From Microthyrium microscopicum (Eukaryota), in NCBI GenBank assembly GCA_010405405.1, contig MU004230.1, positions 1,708,627-1,772,626 on the forward strand: a stretch of 64,000 nt of DNA. The letters are read 5' to 3'. Position numbers and translations under genes: made by a program. This document shows, in pieces, positions 24,254 through 36,387 of this stretch. Positions within the stretch are counted from its first letter, which is position 1; each line of letters starts with the position of its first letter. Below the pieces are notes generated by a model that had not been told where the DNA came from, ran no database searches, and saw nothing but the letters and a program-made list of their open reading frames with translations.

Positions 24254-25199
24254 ATGTCTACGCGCGCCGAAACGCCAACGCGCGACAACAACGCGACAGC
24301 TGCGCCCACCATGACAGCAGCTCAGAAACAAAAACTGATCGACAATCTTCAAGTCGAGGCAACGCATAGAGCAAGAGCCCTTCGCGCGCAGTACGCTGAA
24401 ATGGCCGACCATCTATGCACCAAGATCGAAGGTCGCATCATTCGAATCCCAGCCAAGCTACGATCAGCAAACATTGGAGAGCTCGTCGACAAGTTCTCAG
24501 AAAGCCTACAGGAAGCGCCCAAAACCAGACCTCTACCCACAATCCCCTCTACTCTATCACGCGCAAATATCACAGCGACAACAACATCATCGCGAACTGT
24601 CCAACCAGCACAATCTCGAGGTGTAAAGCGATCAAGGTATGTAATCTCATGGACTATTTCATGACCGTCACTAACTCTTTTCCAGCGACGAAATGATTGG
24701 CTCCGACAAAGAAAACCAAGCCGAAGATATTGCCATGCCCAAAAAACGCGGTAGACCAGCCGCCGCCGTTCCCAAATCAGCAGCTGCTCAAAAAGCCGCT
24801 CCCCGAAAAGTCGACCCATCTCAAGTACTCTCACCTAAATCGAACAATTCACGCACCCTTCCAGCACCACCCAACTCAAAATCGCCTGCCAAATCTGGTC
24901 TTATGGGCCCACCAGAGAAGCCAGCACGCGTCACAAAAGCGGCTGGCAGCGTGCGCGGTCGCCCAGCACGGCAGGCAGCCCCCGCCAAAACTACTCGAGT
25001 CGCCAGTAATGCCTCATCATCCAGCGCAGGCACGGTGGTCACGAAGAAGGCGCCGGCGGCCAAACCGGCTGCCAAAAAGGGCGGCATCATGTCCAAGGTG
25101 ACGGGCATGGCAACCGCAGCCGGCCGGCGCGCCGCTGCGGCCAAGAAGGAAGCTGCTGCTCCGGCAGCAACGGGGCGCGTTTTGCGCACCCGCAAGTAA
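24254..25199 (+). CDS. Borealin/Nbl1 N-terminal-domain protein; intron 24637-24685
   Basis: QKQKLIDNLQVEATHRARALRAQY...IEGRIIRIPAKLRSANIGEL; SDKEN and VLSPKSNNSRT motifs; basic tail. Confidence 0.75.
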
Positions 25200-26245
25200 A
25201 GAGGTGGTCGGCTGTCTCCCATCGAACGCGTTGGCTAATAGCGTCTACTGAGCGTGTCGATGATCCTACCGCGTGGATGAAGATTCTTCTTCGGAATTGA
25301 TCTCCTGCGCGGTGGTTGTATCTCCTGCAAAGTAGTCGCTTGCCGCCATCGCATCGCATGGGAGCAGTCATGGTAATGAAGCATTGGATTGGGCACTGTT
25401 TTTGGGCATAGCGAAGGCGTTTTTGGCTTGGGTATCTCGCGAAAGGCGAGTTTTCTTGTATAAACTTTCTTTTTGTAACGAATTAATGACCAAATATTCA
25501 TCAAAACCGTCTATTTCTCTAGTCCTCGATCAGTGAATCCAACAACTGACCAACTCCCATCGAGTTCTACGGCCACCACCGCACTATATAAGAACAGCAT
25601 GCGATAGTTACCAGCACTTTCAATGGGAATTCAGCGGATCAAGGATTCAATTGCGATAGAGATTAAGATTGTCCCTAGATGACGGATACTTAAACTCCCA
25701 GCGCATTTGATGGCAGATCGGGCCATTAAGTGGTCTGTTGTGGATGTTGGTGACATCTCATTTGAATACAGTAGACCATCTAATAGCTGGCTTGTGCACT
25801 AGTTGAACATCTCACTAACTGCCTCTGTCCTATCTAGCACCGTCTCCTTACTTCCATATTGACTCTAAAAGTGGTTAGCACGGCATCATCGTAGCATGTG
25901 CAAAACCTTAAACACATCCACCGACTACAATGGCTGGCATCATTCCTGATCAGAACAAGACAAGCACTGCTTCAAGGTGTTTGGAGGAATGAACACTGTT
26001 CACACTGTCGCTGTGGAGGCAGCTTGAGATGTAAAGCACGGCAAAGGGCAGTCATCGCGGTAGTAAAGCACAGCAACATGCAATGTGTAGTATGGCAGGT
26101 TGTACAGTATATAACAGTGACTGAAGTACATAACAACCAGCAAGCATGTAGCAGTGACCAGAGATACGCTAGTAGCCTTGATAACAGACGAATCAATTCA
26201 CCAGTTCCATTCTCCCCTCTACCATCGAAACACAATAAGGGGTGT

Positions 26246-27523
26246 TTAACTTACATCAATACATTCCCATCTCACCGTCGCCCTCCGCACAATCGTCGGC
26301 CTGACCCTCTTCACACTATCCTCCCGTTTCGGCACAAACAGTCCCACGAATCCATCAAGCACCGTCTGTCCAAAACTGCGTGTTCGTACGGAAACTTCGG
26401 AGGCGGCGATGCTGGCTCGTCGCTTTACGAGCTGGAAGGACGGTTTACGCGTGGGGAAGGACGGTTTGCGAGTGGCGGGTGGAAGAAATGGTGAGGGGAG
26501 GGATGATGTTGGTGACGGGATCAGGTTTCGGCGGCGGTATGGGGTCGGGTCGGATGTGGTGCGTTGTAGGAGACGTTGGCGTTGTATTAGCGGTGGTTGT
26601 TGGGGCTTGGAGATTTGGGGAAGAGGTATGGTGGATGGAGAGACGGCGGAGTCTGTTGTGTTCACGTAGGCTGTGCTGGTATCTTGAGTCGATTCGTGAT
26701 TGTTGGCAATGGCGCTGTTGTCGATGGCTGGTTGTTCCTTGACGTTGGAAAGGTTATCAACGACGAGATCGGGATTCCTGGTTTGAAAAGGACTGGCGAG
26801 ATCTAGATTGTCGTGGCAGCTGGATCTGCGCAACTGATTGACTGTAACGGTAGGGTGTTTGATCTCAACGTCGTCTGGTTCATGATCGGTTTCTTGACGC
26901 AGTATGTCCTCATCTTCCCTCGCCTCACAATCCTCGCTTTCCCGTAGCTCTCTACCTTCGCCGTGAAGTACCACTTGCCTACTATGAGGCACCGGACACA
27001 GTCCACACTGAAACGCAACATCCTCCATCTCCTCCTCTCGTATCCTTTCCTCACCCTCATAGTCCTCATCACCATCTTCCTCCTCCCACCGCTTCAGTGC
27101 CTGCCATCTAGCCATCGTCAACGTCTCCGCCCTCGGAGTACTCGCTGAACTCAACAACATCCTCATCTTATCCTCCGGTACGATTTCCCCAGGCGCCGGC
27201 TCCCTAATCTCCTCGATCACCGGCTCTCTAGGTCTGAACGGCATATATCCAAGCGAGTAGCTGCGGCCATGCCAATAGCTCTTGTTCGACGGTCTTCGAG
27301 ACTTGACTTTCTCCTTCTCCACGTAGAGACCTGTAAACATGCCCGGCGGCTCATGAATCCTTCTCGTTCCGAAATCCCGGGTCGTAGTAGTGGTATTAGT
27401 TCTCGACATGCCCAGCAGCCCCACAAGGCCAGTGTCCAGCTTATTCAAGCCATCAGCGTCATACCGGTGAGTAACCACAGTAGCCATCATGACTTCAATC
27501 CAGGCAAGGCAAGAAAATCCCAC
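26246..27523 (-). CDS. Hypothetical low-complexity protein (start uncertain, possibly ~27490)
   Basis: 425-aa open frame with acidic and Ser/Arg/Pro-rich segments; no recognised domain. Confidence 0.5.
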   Translation of the reverse strand: MGFSCLAWIEVMMATVVTHRYDADGLNKLDTGLVGLLGMSRTNTTTTTRDFGTRRIHEPPGMFTGLYVEKEKVKSRRPSNKSYWHGRSYSLGYMPFRPREPVIEEIREPAPGEIVPEDKMRMLLSSASTPRAETLTMARWQALKRWEEEDGDEDYEGEERIREEEMEDVAFQCGLCPVPHSRQVVLHGEGRELRESEDCEAREDEDILRQETDHEPDDVEIKHPTVTVNQLRRSSCHDNLDLASPFQTRNPDLVVDNLSNVKEQPAIDNSAIANNHESTQDTSTAYVNTTDSAVSPSTIPLPQISKPQQPPLIQRQRLLQRTTSDPTPYRRRNLIPSPTSSLPSPFLPPATRKPSFPTRKPSFQLVKRRASIAASEVSVRTRSFGQTVLDGFVGLFVPKREDSVKRVRPTIVRRATVRWECIDVS

Positions 27524-28777
27524 GAGACATCCAACTGTGAATCATTGGGCAGGTATGTAGGGCTATGTACCCCTTCAAAAGTTTGTTTGATCAAACGGGT
27601 ATAAGAAGTGAAGTTCATCGCATGACAGCCTGTACCAAAGCAGCCATCAAACCAAGCCCCACCACGGCTGAAAACCGGGGACATTTTCGTTATGAAATTG
27701 CCAGCGGTGACTTTTGAGTGGTCGCTTGGCCCGATGCTCGGACTGGCGGATGGACTGGGCATCATTCGGCGTTGGAGGCGTGGTTTGCGAGGGTTGTTTA
27801 GGTACCAACAGTAAGGTGTTTGGCGGATTGAGGACGCCGAACGGCAGGGAGATGATAAGATAGTGAGAGCGCCTTCCGGTGCATTCTAAGCTTGTGAGCT
27901 GGTGTGTTGATGTTGACAATTGAACGGTGGCATCCTCTTGAGTTCTGCAGCATCTTTGGCTTGAATAGGCATGAAATTCTTCAATCCCTTTCGAAAAAAG
28001 CAAACGATGAAAGTGGTTGATGGAAGGTCTGATTTGATGTTGGTAGAGAAGGAGGGAGCGAGTGGTGGGACCGGGCCCAGCGATAAAGAGCAAGTGGGTA
28101 TCAAGGTGGATGAAGAGGAAGATTTATGACGATAACGAGAGATTTCTTTTTATGACAAGAGCCTTGGAAGCTACACATGCAAGTTAAGAAGAATAGAGCG
28201 GAAGTAAGGACGAATTGCTTATGATAATGATACGATACTTTGTAGATCCCTGGTTAACGGAACAATACTAAAACGATTTGAAGGAGAGATGATCTCAATT
28301 TTGAGGTAGATGAAAATCTACACTAAGTCTAACTACCCAAGGGTGCCAACAAAAGCAGTCTTCAATTCGTCTCCATTAGGGGTTGGGTGTCCTGTTGATG
28401 CTCAAGGAAAAGGGCAGTTAAACAGAAGCAACTCAACGGTTAACCCACGAAAGCAATCGAGAACAGACAACTCGAAAGACTCCTCGTCAAAGCCAGGACA
28501 AACGAACAAAAAGTTGCAATAAGCCTTTTTTTGTTGTTTCTCTGAAACATTCTCCTTCATTCATCATCATAATATAACACAGTTTTCCTGTCTGCATAGA
28601 GACCGCATCTAATCTCTTCGCTACAAGATTGACCAAAACTAAGGGTCCATAATCGCTAACAAAACATGCTAAAGAAACGATCTCAACCTAGCCCATTTCT
28701 GGTGCGAGGGAGACTCATATTTAACTCGAAAAGAAATGCTCAGCATCCACGCTCATAGCAGTCGTAAAGTTCATCGT

Positions 28778-31258
28778 TTACTGATTGAACATTGATCCGC
28801 TGTCATATTGCAATGGATCAAATTGGTCGTTGGCGCCATTGATGTCCGGAAACCAATTTGATGTCGCAGAGCCCATCATGGCACCGGATGTGGATGCAGC
28901 AGGGAACAGCAGAAAGTCGTCATTCAAGTTGAAATTATCACCAAAACCTTCATCTTGGATAGCCTCTTCTGGCGAGTACAAGGTCATGTCACCCGCACCA
29001 CTTGGAGAAATTTGTTGTGGTTGCTGGGGATACGAGTTCTGCGCACCTTCGATAGCCTGGAACGAGTTGAGGTTGAAACCAAAATCGTTCACGCTAAGAG
29101 CTGGTGTAGGCTGCTGGTATGTGATACTATCGAGAGTACCGTAATCCATGTCCATACCGGCGTTTGTGAAGAGATCGGGTGATAGACCCATGTTTTCAGA
29201 GGGAGGAGCAGTGTTCATGCTGGCTTGGAATTGCTCTGGGGAGAAACCAGATGATAGTGTGAAATTGGTTGCAGCTGTAGTAATCGAGTCACGACGGTTG
29301 GTGGATCCGTAGGTTTCAAAGCCTTGCATGGCTTGATCAGGATAGCCAGCTCCGTTGTCAGTTGGCCACCATGGGGATTGAGCGAAGTTGCTACCAGGCG
29401 TATAGCCAGATGTTGGAGTTGCATCAAGAGGCGTCATTGGGGTTGACGGTGTAGCAACAGAGACGCTGCCGTCTCCCTTTTTGCGACCATTGCTCTTGGA
29501 TCGAACATAAGTCCAGTTGTGTGCCTTTTCCATGTGTTGCTTGCAGTTTGACTCGCGCTTGCTGGAATACGAGCAAGGTGGAAACTTGCAGCTGTACATC
29601 TTTGGTGCTGAAGAGTGCTTGTCGTTGACGTGACGATCACGTTCCTTTTCGGTTGGCCAGCCAAGATCGTGGTAGCGGCAGGATGGTTCGGAGCACTTGA
29701 ATGGACGAGAGTGTGTCTTCTCATGCTTGGTCAAGTCGCAAGGACGCTTAAACTCCTTCTTGCAGCAGGAGCAGACGTGCATCACATCGCCAGCCTTGTC
29801 AGACTTGCGACGGCGAGCCATGGAACGGAGAACATCGTCATCATCGGAATCATCGTCATCGTGATAGCGTTTCAACGACATGGTGTCATCAAGACCGTCA
29901 CGGTGTTCATCAGAGATAAGAGGGATAGACTTGCCATCCTTTTGTCGAACCAGTTCGGCCGGACGGCCGTTGCTGCTCAAGCCTCCTCGGATGGTTACTT
30001 GTTCATCACTGAGAGTATGTAAGCATGTTGTACCACGAGCCATGCGGTTGCATGGTGATTGAGGAAAGAGAGTGTGATATAGAGCCAATAAGTCCCGGTG
30101 ACTCGATTGAGAGACATGAGTCATCTGATTGAGGCTGTGTGGAGAGGTGACAGGGGTGGATGATACATACGGTGAAAAGTCCATTTCGTCCAGTTCTTCT
30201 CCATTTTCCTGTTTTTCGCGAGTTCGTCGCATGATTTCGGCGTATCTGCGGATCTGATCCACGAGATCAAGGAAGTAGTTGTTAGTGTATGGTCGGTCTG
30301 ATGGTCGTCGTTGATCGGCGTCCTTGAGAAAGTCGACAGTCGTATGTAGGCAATCGATCGAGAACTCCCAGAATTTGATGAAAGAAGATGCGGAAGAGGA
30401 AAATCTCTTTACGTCGCGACCAGAGTAATAAGCGACTGCACAAGCAGAAAGATATGTACGTAAACTTACAGGTGTTTCGTATAATAGTGTCTTTTCAAGA
30501 TCCCGCAGACTTGCAATGAACTTGGCACTGACTTGACTGGGGATGCTGTTGATAAGAGGATGAAAATCTTGTAGAGATTCGTCTTCGAGAATAGGCTGTA
30601 GAATCCGCTCACGGATCTGCTTCTCAGCTTCGGTACTTAACTTAGCCTTGTTTTGCGGGTTGTGTGATTCGCTTGAGTAAGAACTGGTGATAGCAGACCG
30701 TGAGGTTCGGCTGGAGCTCAATGTTGATGACAGCGAGCGCGTGTCTTTGGGATGGTTAGCCAGTGTTGGAGGTTGTGTGATGGAATTAGTAGAGGTTGTA
30801 GTACCTTGTTGTGGAGTGTCAATGCTGGATCCAAGACCACTATCGGAGTCGTGATGATGGTCAGGTTCAGGCAACGAGGCTTTCTTTTCGTCAATGGCCA
30901 TGGGCCCTGGGACAATAGCGCTAGTTACTATTGTTGATGCGGCATAGACCTGTTGGTTATTCAACATGCTTAATCCGGCATCAGGTGAATTTCCCTGAAT
31001 TGTCTCGTCTACGTCCTTCAGATACTTTGCAACTCGTTCTTGTCGAGTCGCCTGTAAGTCCGCACGATCTTGGAGGAAGAAGTCGTCCAGTGATGTAGAT
31101 GATCGCTTGTTAGAGAAGGAAGAGTTCTCTAGAGGGTCGTAGAGATCTGAGCGGAGGCCAGTGCGAGCACTGAAGGTGTCACTCTTTTGAAGAAATGACA
31201 TGGCGGGGGGTGATCTTCGAGGACCGCTGCGTCGGTTGTGGGACAGAGGGGTAGACAT
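28778..31258 (-). CDS. sltA: C2H2 zinc-finger transcription factor SltA/StzA/Ace1; predicted introns 30745-30804, 30407-30469, 30009-30170
   Basis: Three zinc fingers (CKKEFKRPCDLTKHEKTH; GWPTEKERDRHVNDKH; YSSKRESNCKQHMEKAH); DRPYTNNYFLDLV and LRDLEKTL motifs; first ATG at 31258. Confidence 0.9.
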   Translation of the reverse strand: MSTPLSHNRRSGPRRSPPAMSFLQKSDTFSARTGLRSDLYDPLENSSFSNKRSSTSLDDFFLQDRADLQATRQERVAKYLKDVDETIQGNSPDAGLSMLNNQQVYAASTIVTSAIVPGPMAIDEKKASLPEPDHHHDSDSGLGSSIDTPQQGTTTSTNSITQPPTLANHPKDTRSLSSTLSSSRTSRSAITSSYSSESHNPQNKAKLSTEAEKQIRERILQPILEDESLQDFHPLINSIPSQVSAKFIASLRDLEKTLLYETPVSLRTYLSACAVAYYSGRDVKRFSSSASSFIKFWEFSIDCLHTTVDFLKDADQRRPSDRPYTNNYFLDLVDQIRRYAEIMRRTREKQENGEELDEMDFSPYVSSTPVTSPHSLNQMTHVSQSSHRDLLALYHTLFPQSPCNRMARGTTCLHTLSDEQVTIRGGLSSNGRPAELVRQKDGKSIPLISDEHRDGLDDTMSLKRYHDDDDSDDDDVLRSMARRRKSDKAGDVMHVCSCCKKEFKRPCDLTKHEKTHSRPFKCSEPSCRYHDLGWPTEKERDRHVNDKHSSAPKMYSCKFPPCSYSSKRESNCKQHMEKAHNWTYVRSKSNGRKKGDGSVSVATPSTPMTPLDATPTSGYTPGSNFAQSPWWPTDNGAGYPDQAMQGFETYGSTNRRDSITTAATNFTLSSGFSPEQFQASMNTAPPSENMGLSPDLFTNAGMDMDYGTLDSITYQQPTPALSVNDFGFNLNSFQAIEGAQNSYPQQPQQISPSGAGDMTLYSPEEAIQDEGFGDNFNLNDDFLLFPAASTSGAMMGSATSNWFPDINGANDQFDPLQYDSGSMFNQ

Positions 31259-33071
31259 GTTGGATTGAGTTTGGGTTTTGTTGGATAGATTGAGGGAAGA
31301 GAAGTCAATGCACCTTGCCAATTGCGGCGAGGTGTATCAGTGACTCATATACACGCGATCTGAGGCTTGTGCAGTGAAGAACAGACGAACTGTTTCAGGA
31401 CAAGTCTATTGGATCACAAGCAAGATGGGATCGAGGTCCAATAGCAATGGAATGGAACAAATGCGATTGAGAACCGTGGATGAAAACTGAAGAATGGGTC
31501 CCATGAAACGTGGCGTGGTGCCTCGAGGTTGGACCAGAATGGGACGGAGTGAATGGTAAGGCTTCCTTGGAGGTGAAGGAAGAGTGTTGGCGTGACTTGT
31601 TCCAAATCAAGGCAGGCAAAGCAGATATATACTTCCAGGCAGCAGTTGAAGCTAGTGAACTAGTGGAGGCCTCGAGTTGCTGGATGTGGTGGCTTGGCAG
31701 AATGGGTGGTATTTTACAAGAGGCGAGAGACACCAACGAGCGGAAAAGACAGCTGAGTATTTGGTATTGGAGTCTGGCGGTTAGGAGTTGAGGATGGTAA
31801 TAGGTGATTTGAGAGGATGGATTTGATGAAAAGGTGAGAGAGATTGTTGGTTGTGTAGAGTTGTGTAAGTGGGAGGTGGTTGAGAGAGTATTGCGCTGTT
31901 GCCTGGAGTTGACGCGTGACACGGGCCTTGGCACGTCGAGGGAAAGTGCTCCCCGTCGCTCCTTCCCAGCATTAGACACCGAGGTGCCCTAAGAAAACAC
32001 TGCCCACTTCGCCAAAGCCTCCACCAGTCATGTTGTGATTGGTCGGTTTTAGCTTACTAAGTCCGGTGCTGGGGTACCCCTGCCTAAAAACATGGCCGCC
32101 AACTTCCGCAGACTTTCACTCCTTCCTTCCTCCACCTTCCATATTGCTAAGCCTCGCACCTCGCTGTTCACCTCAATATCTTCACCAATCCTTCAACATA
32201 AAATAGATTCCCTCGAGATTATTCAATGGTGTCCTCATGAGAACAATTCATAGATACAAAAATCTTTCTTCTTCAATGGCTGTCATGAAGGGAAGACTAA
32301 ATATCTACCATACCGCTCTTAGAATTCTGTAGCCTAAACCATCCAATAATAGCAAATCTCCGACCTCAATTAATATCCTCAAGGCTACCGAATTCCACAA
32401 AGCACCAAAGCACAACAAACTCTAAAACTGCAAGGTACGCCGATCTAACTCGTCTGCCCGCCCTTCCACCGCACTTCAAAAGTGAAAGCGTTGCAAGTCC
32501 AGCGGTCTGACTCCTGCGGTCGCATGCATCCTACCCCGAACCATGCCTGTTTCGGTCTCCGGTCAAGAACTCTAATGAACATATTCTGGCCCCCACGACT
32601 CCACGAAACGTCATTCTCCTCCAATCTGATGTCCCTGTTGCTTGCTTGCATTCTCCCCAGTCCAAAGTGACTCCCATCCTCCCATTTTGTCTGTGCGTAC
32701 CTGCATTGAGCCCAGAATTGGGTGTGTGAGCAATATCATTGCTTGGTAGGAATATGCAACGTATACAGAGCTCAGAGTTGATCACTTTGATTTGTTGCTT
32801 GTTGTTCTTTTCAAGGATCTTGTCATTCATTGACTGCATAAAGGGACAACTCGTATCATTCGTGGATGGTAGCTGCTCAGCCTCGTTGTGTCAATTTATA
32901 TTGACAACCACCCGTTCTATCGAAACGTTGACCATTATGCCACTCTCTGTTTCAATTCCACGGTTGAATCGAGGTCAAAATGCTTAGCCATTTCAACATC
33001 CCAATCTCGAACGTCTTCATCTCTAGTTCAGCTAAGCGAAAGACAGCACTGAATATTGGCATTGACCCCAA

Positions 33072-33598
33072 TCAAGCTTTCTGAGCATCATGTCCCCAAT
33101 TCTACCAATTCATCAGTATCATTCAGACTACAAAAAAACACAAACTTACCTTCAATGATTTATACGACTTGCTATTCGTGTCCTGCTTCGCCTTTTCCTC
33201 CTGAGCAAGATGGCGTTTACAATAAGCCACAACTCGTCGCATATGCTCAATGTCCTCTTCATCATACTCCTCAGGATCTTTCTTTGGATTCTTCTCTAAG
33301 ATCTTGATAATCTTGCGACCTCTGGTTAACAATTAGGCACGCAACATTTAGACAGGAAAATTGTGCAAATTGTTTGTAGCATACGATTCATGTCCAATGG
33401 TCTCGCCGCTTCCATCGTCTTTACTCCAGCCTGCGCCAATGGACTCTTCAGAGCCGAGCCAGTCTTGAAGCTCTTTGGCTGTCATGTTTACGAGTTCATT
33501 GAATTCTCTGCGTTATATTAGTTGATATTTTTTAGAGTGAAGCTTTATTGGTGGGGTTTCCGGACATACTCTATCACGGTTTCGGTTGGCTTGACCAT
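33072..33598 (-). CDS. DUF3140-family small protein, 4 exons
   Basis: EFNELVNMTAKELQDWL, GHESGRKIIKIL, HMRRVVAYCKRHLAQE, SLKNWGHD motifs after splicing. Confidence 0.8.
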
Positions 33599-33746
33599 TT
33601 TGACAGGTTGATATATTCTCTAAATCGGCACTTTCTACTAACGAATCGTTCTAAAAAGTAAGATAACGAAGCGAGATGAATGATAAAGTAAAGATATACA
33701 AATCTTTCTCATCAACGGTTTCTCGGTTCGTGACATCATAGAAATA

Positions 33747-34373
33747 CCGTAGCGCGCGAGGGGGGGTAGAGGAAATCTACCAGTGATCGTCCTGTTAAGG
33801 TTCTAGACTAGAAAATGTATATTCTGCAGAGAGGTACAATCGATGCCGCTTTCTAAGAGAAGATACCTATTTTAGAAAACCTATATTTTCTGTTCAAAAA
33901 AGCATTTTCTGAAAAAACTATGTTTTAGCCATGTCATAGCTATAAAGAGGGGCAAAAAAAATCACCATGACATTCAATGAAGGATTAAGAGAGCAAGATA
34001 ATTAGTAATAAGTACTTTTTTTTTTAAATTACAATTCGAACTACAAAGGAGGCTAGATCAATACGCTATAGCTTAGTCAGGCGAGGCATAATTACGGCTT
34101 AGATTTACTAGGATAATTACAATTGCTAAATCAAAATTGCGGGGCAAATATATATACCTAAGTAACTTTTTAGCCTCTCCTTTTATAGCCTTCGTTCCTT
34201 CTAACATGCTATCGTACCTTCTTCATCTTTAGTCGTAAGTGCTTTTATTCATAGAACATAAGATCTACTCAAGACATCATATTCTAGAGAAGAATAGGCT
34301 TCTATAAAAAGTTCAAAAGGTAATGTAGTTTCATTAAAAGATCAAGTCCTTTACTCCCCCCTCCACGCTACGG
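33747..34373. mobile_element. 627-bp non-autonomous Tc1/mariner-type MITE with TA target-site duplication
   Basis: Left end CCGTAGCGCGCGAGGGGGGGTAGAGGA and right end TCCTTTACTCCCCCCTCCACGCTACGG form imperfect ~27-bp TIRs; TA at 33745-46 and 34374-75; AT- and TpA-rich interior with no ORF. Confidence 0.8.
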
Positions 34374-34752
34374 TATCCAATAGGGAAACGTTGCACAGAA
34401 TCAATGACGCCGGCAGAGCGATTATCTTCTTCGACATAAGAACCCGTTGATATGTTCAAAATTCGATATATCCAAGCTTACTCTACATTTACTTCAAAAA
34501 TAAGTGATGTTACAATATGCATATATGACTTGCTGTGCGTCGCATGGCGTGTTTCCATCAGCTTCGCGTGTCATGTCAATCAACTTTCCTGGCAGTTTAC
34601 TTGAACACACTGTCTACCTTGACGATTTTAGACTATACATGGTAATCAACTCTTCTATTTTTCCAGGAATGTGCCAGCCCGTCGTGTATCAGAAACGAAA
34701 GCTTTTTCATCATATCGAGTAGAGTTTCGCTCTTGATAAGTGGAATTACACT

Positions 34753-35281
34753 CTACAGGTATACATTGCTTGGGCAGCAATCGAAGCCTGGCACAACGCC
34801 TGCTTCACAAGCGCCACGCAGTATTCTGACCAGAATAGCTTCATGGTAGTTTTTAATGAATTCTGTTAAAATGGTGATAGCAGAACAGGAGACGAGAGCA
34901 GCTGCCAGGCCTTTGTTGGGCCCAAACCTATTGACTGCCATGACCCATGGTGTTTCGAAGATAAGGTAGAAGATGAAGAAAAATGTGTTGATGTTGCCAG
35001 AGATCAATATCTTTGCTGAAGTAGAAGATAACAGGGTTGCTAAGCTGATGGGATCAGTAAGTAATGTTTGGGTGGAGGTATGTTCATACATTTGATCAAT
35101 CCAGATAGTTCAAAACGAGAAAGGCGAATGCTTGTGGTAGAAAGAACTTATCAAACTCTCCCAGACATGCCTTTTTTTTCTCAGGCTCAATATAAATTTC
35201 AGAAGGGTTTCCAATAATCTCTTCTGACGAGGCATCGGTACGCTTCTCGTCGAGAGTGACTGGGACTTTGGAATCTTTCAT
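34753..35281 (-). pseudogene. Degenerate MFS transporter (allantoate/anion:cation symporter family) fragment
   Basis: LNYLD* where DRSN is expected (in-frame TGA), then FYLIFETP...RFGP...RILRGACEAG; truncated after about 4 TMs. Confidence 0.7.
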
Positions 35282-36387
35282 AATGAAGTATCGAGTGTAA
35301 TATGAGATTATCTGATTGAATTCTGGGTGTTCACTGCAGTTCGTTCATCCTGTCAATACGTGGTTGTCTTTGAACCTCTCATGCTGCGATATCCTTGTCT
35401 TTCGCCAAACTCTTCATTCCCGTCACATTTGGCTAGATCCTCCATCCGTTGATATGGCCATAGAGGACCTCGAGTGTGGAAAAATGTGTTTTTCTCTCAA
35501 GAAATAATGCAACCAAGCAACATCAAGATATGCTAAGCTCAAAGACGCAGTCGATATCCAAGATATCATTGGAGGATCGCCTCTGCCACAGCCTTGTGCG
35601 GTTAGTACTTTTTGCTGATTGGCTGCTGCTGATTTTACGGCTGCCAGTACTTGTTGCTGATTGGTTGAATGCTCTCTCACTCCACCATCAAAATGGCATC
35701 ACATGCAGGTAGTGAAAAATCCTGCACTACTAACCGTTTCTCTGAAAAGAGTCTGGATGAAAGGATAAAGTGCATGAGCTGGATCAAGATTGAAGCGTGA
35801 AAACTAATATTGCCCCAATAACGTCCAAACAGCGATCTTCGTGTATCCAGCATTCCGGTTCCGGCTGAGACTCGTGCCCAAGGCTGACATGCTTTCAAGT
35901 TCAAATACATCGGAATTTTCATATTTTGGTTGCTGATGTCTCAAATTTGTCAGTTTTATGGCTCTGATGTCTTAAAAATGGAAGAATTCTCAGAGGGCAA
36001 TGCGAGAGTACCTGCTGGCGTACAAACAACGCCATTACAACAGTTTTGCTGAACGTTCTTTACCACAGATACCTTCAAGCTACACAAGTCAATATACACA
36101 GTATAATTTGCATTCGATGAGATTTTAACTAACATCTTGAAATCACACAAAACAAGGAAACTGATCAGAAGCTCCTCGATATGGACCAATGAAAAGCTTA
36201 AACATGATGACAGGCACTCTTGAAAATCCGATCCTGCATTATACCATGTAACATCTCTCGCACATTTCACGACGTCCTTGTTCAGATATCCATGTCACAA
36301 GCAATTCCGATTAACTGGCTGCAAGTTTCGGGTGCTTGAGATATATACAGGTCGGAAGTGTGTGCTGCTAGACGTTGGTCAATGACC

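Noticed and set aside
31395..31979. 194-aa ORF upstream of sltA
   Set aside because: Ser/His/Leu-rich translation typical of a pyrimidine-rich 5' leader; no evidence of coding constraint
32071..32080. Perfect palindrome GGGGTACCCC upstream of sltA
   Set aside because: A 10-bp palindrome is expected by chance many times in 64 kb
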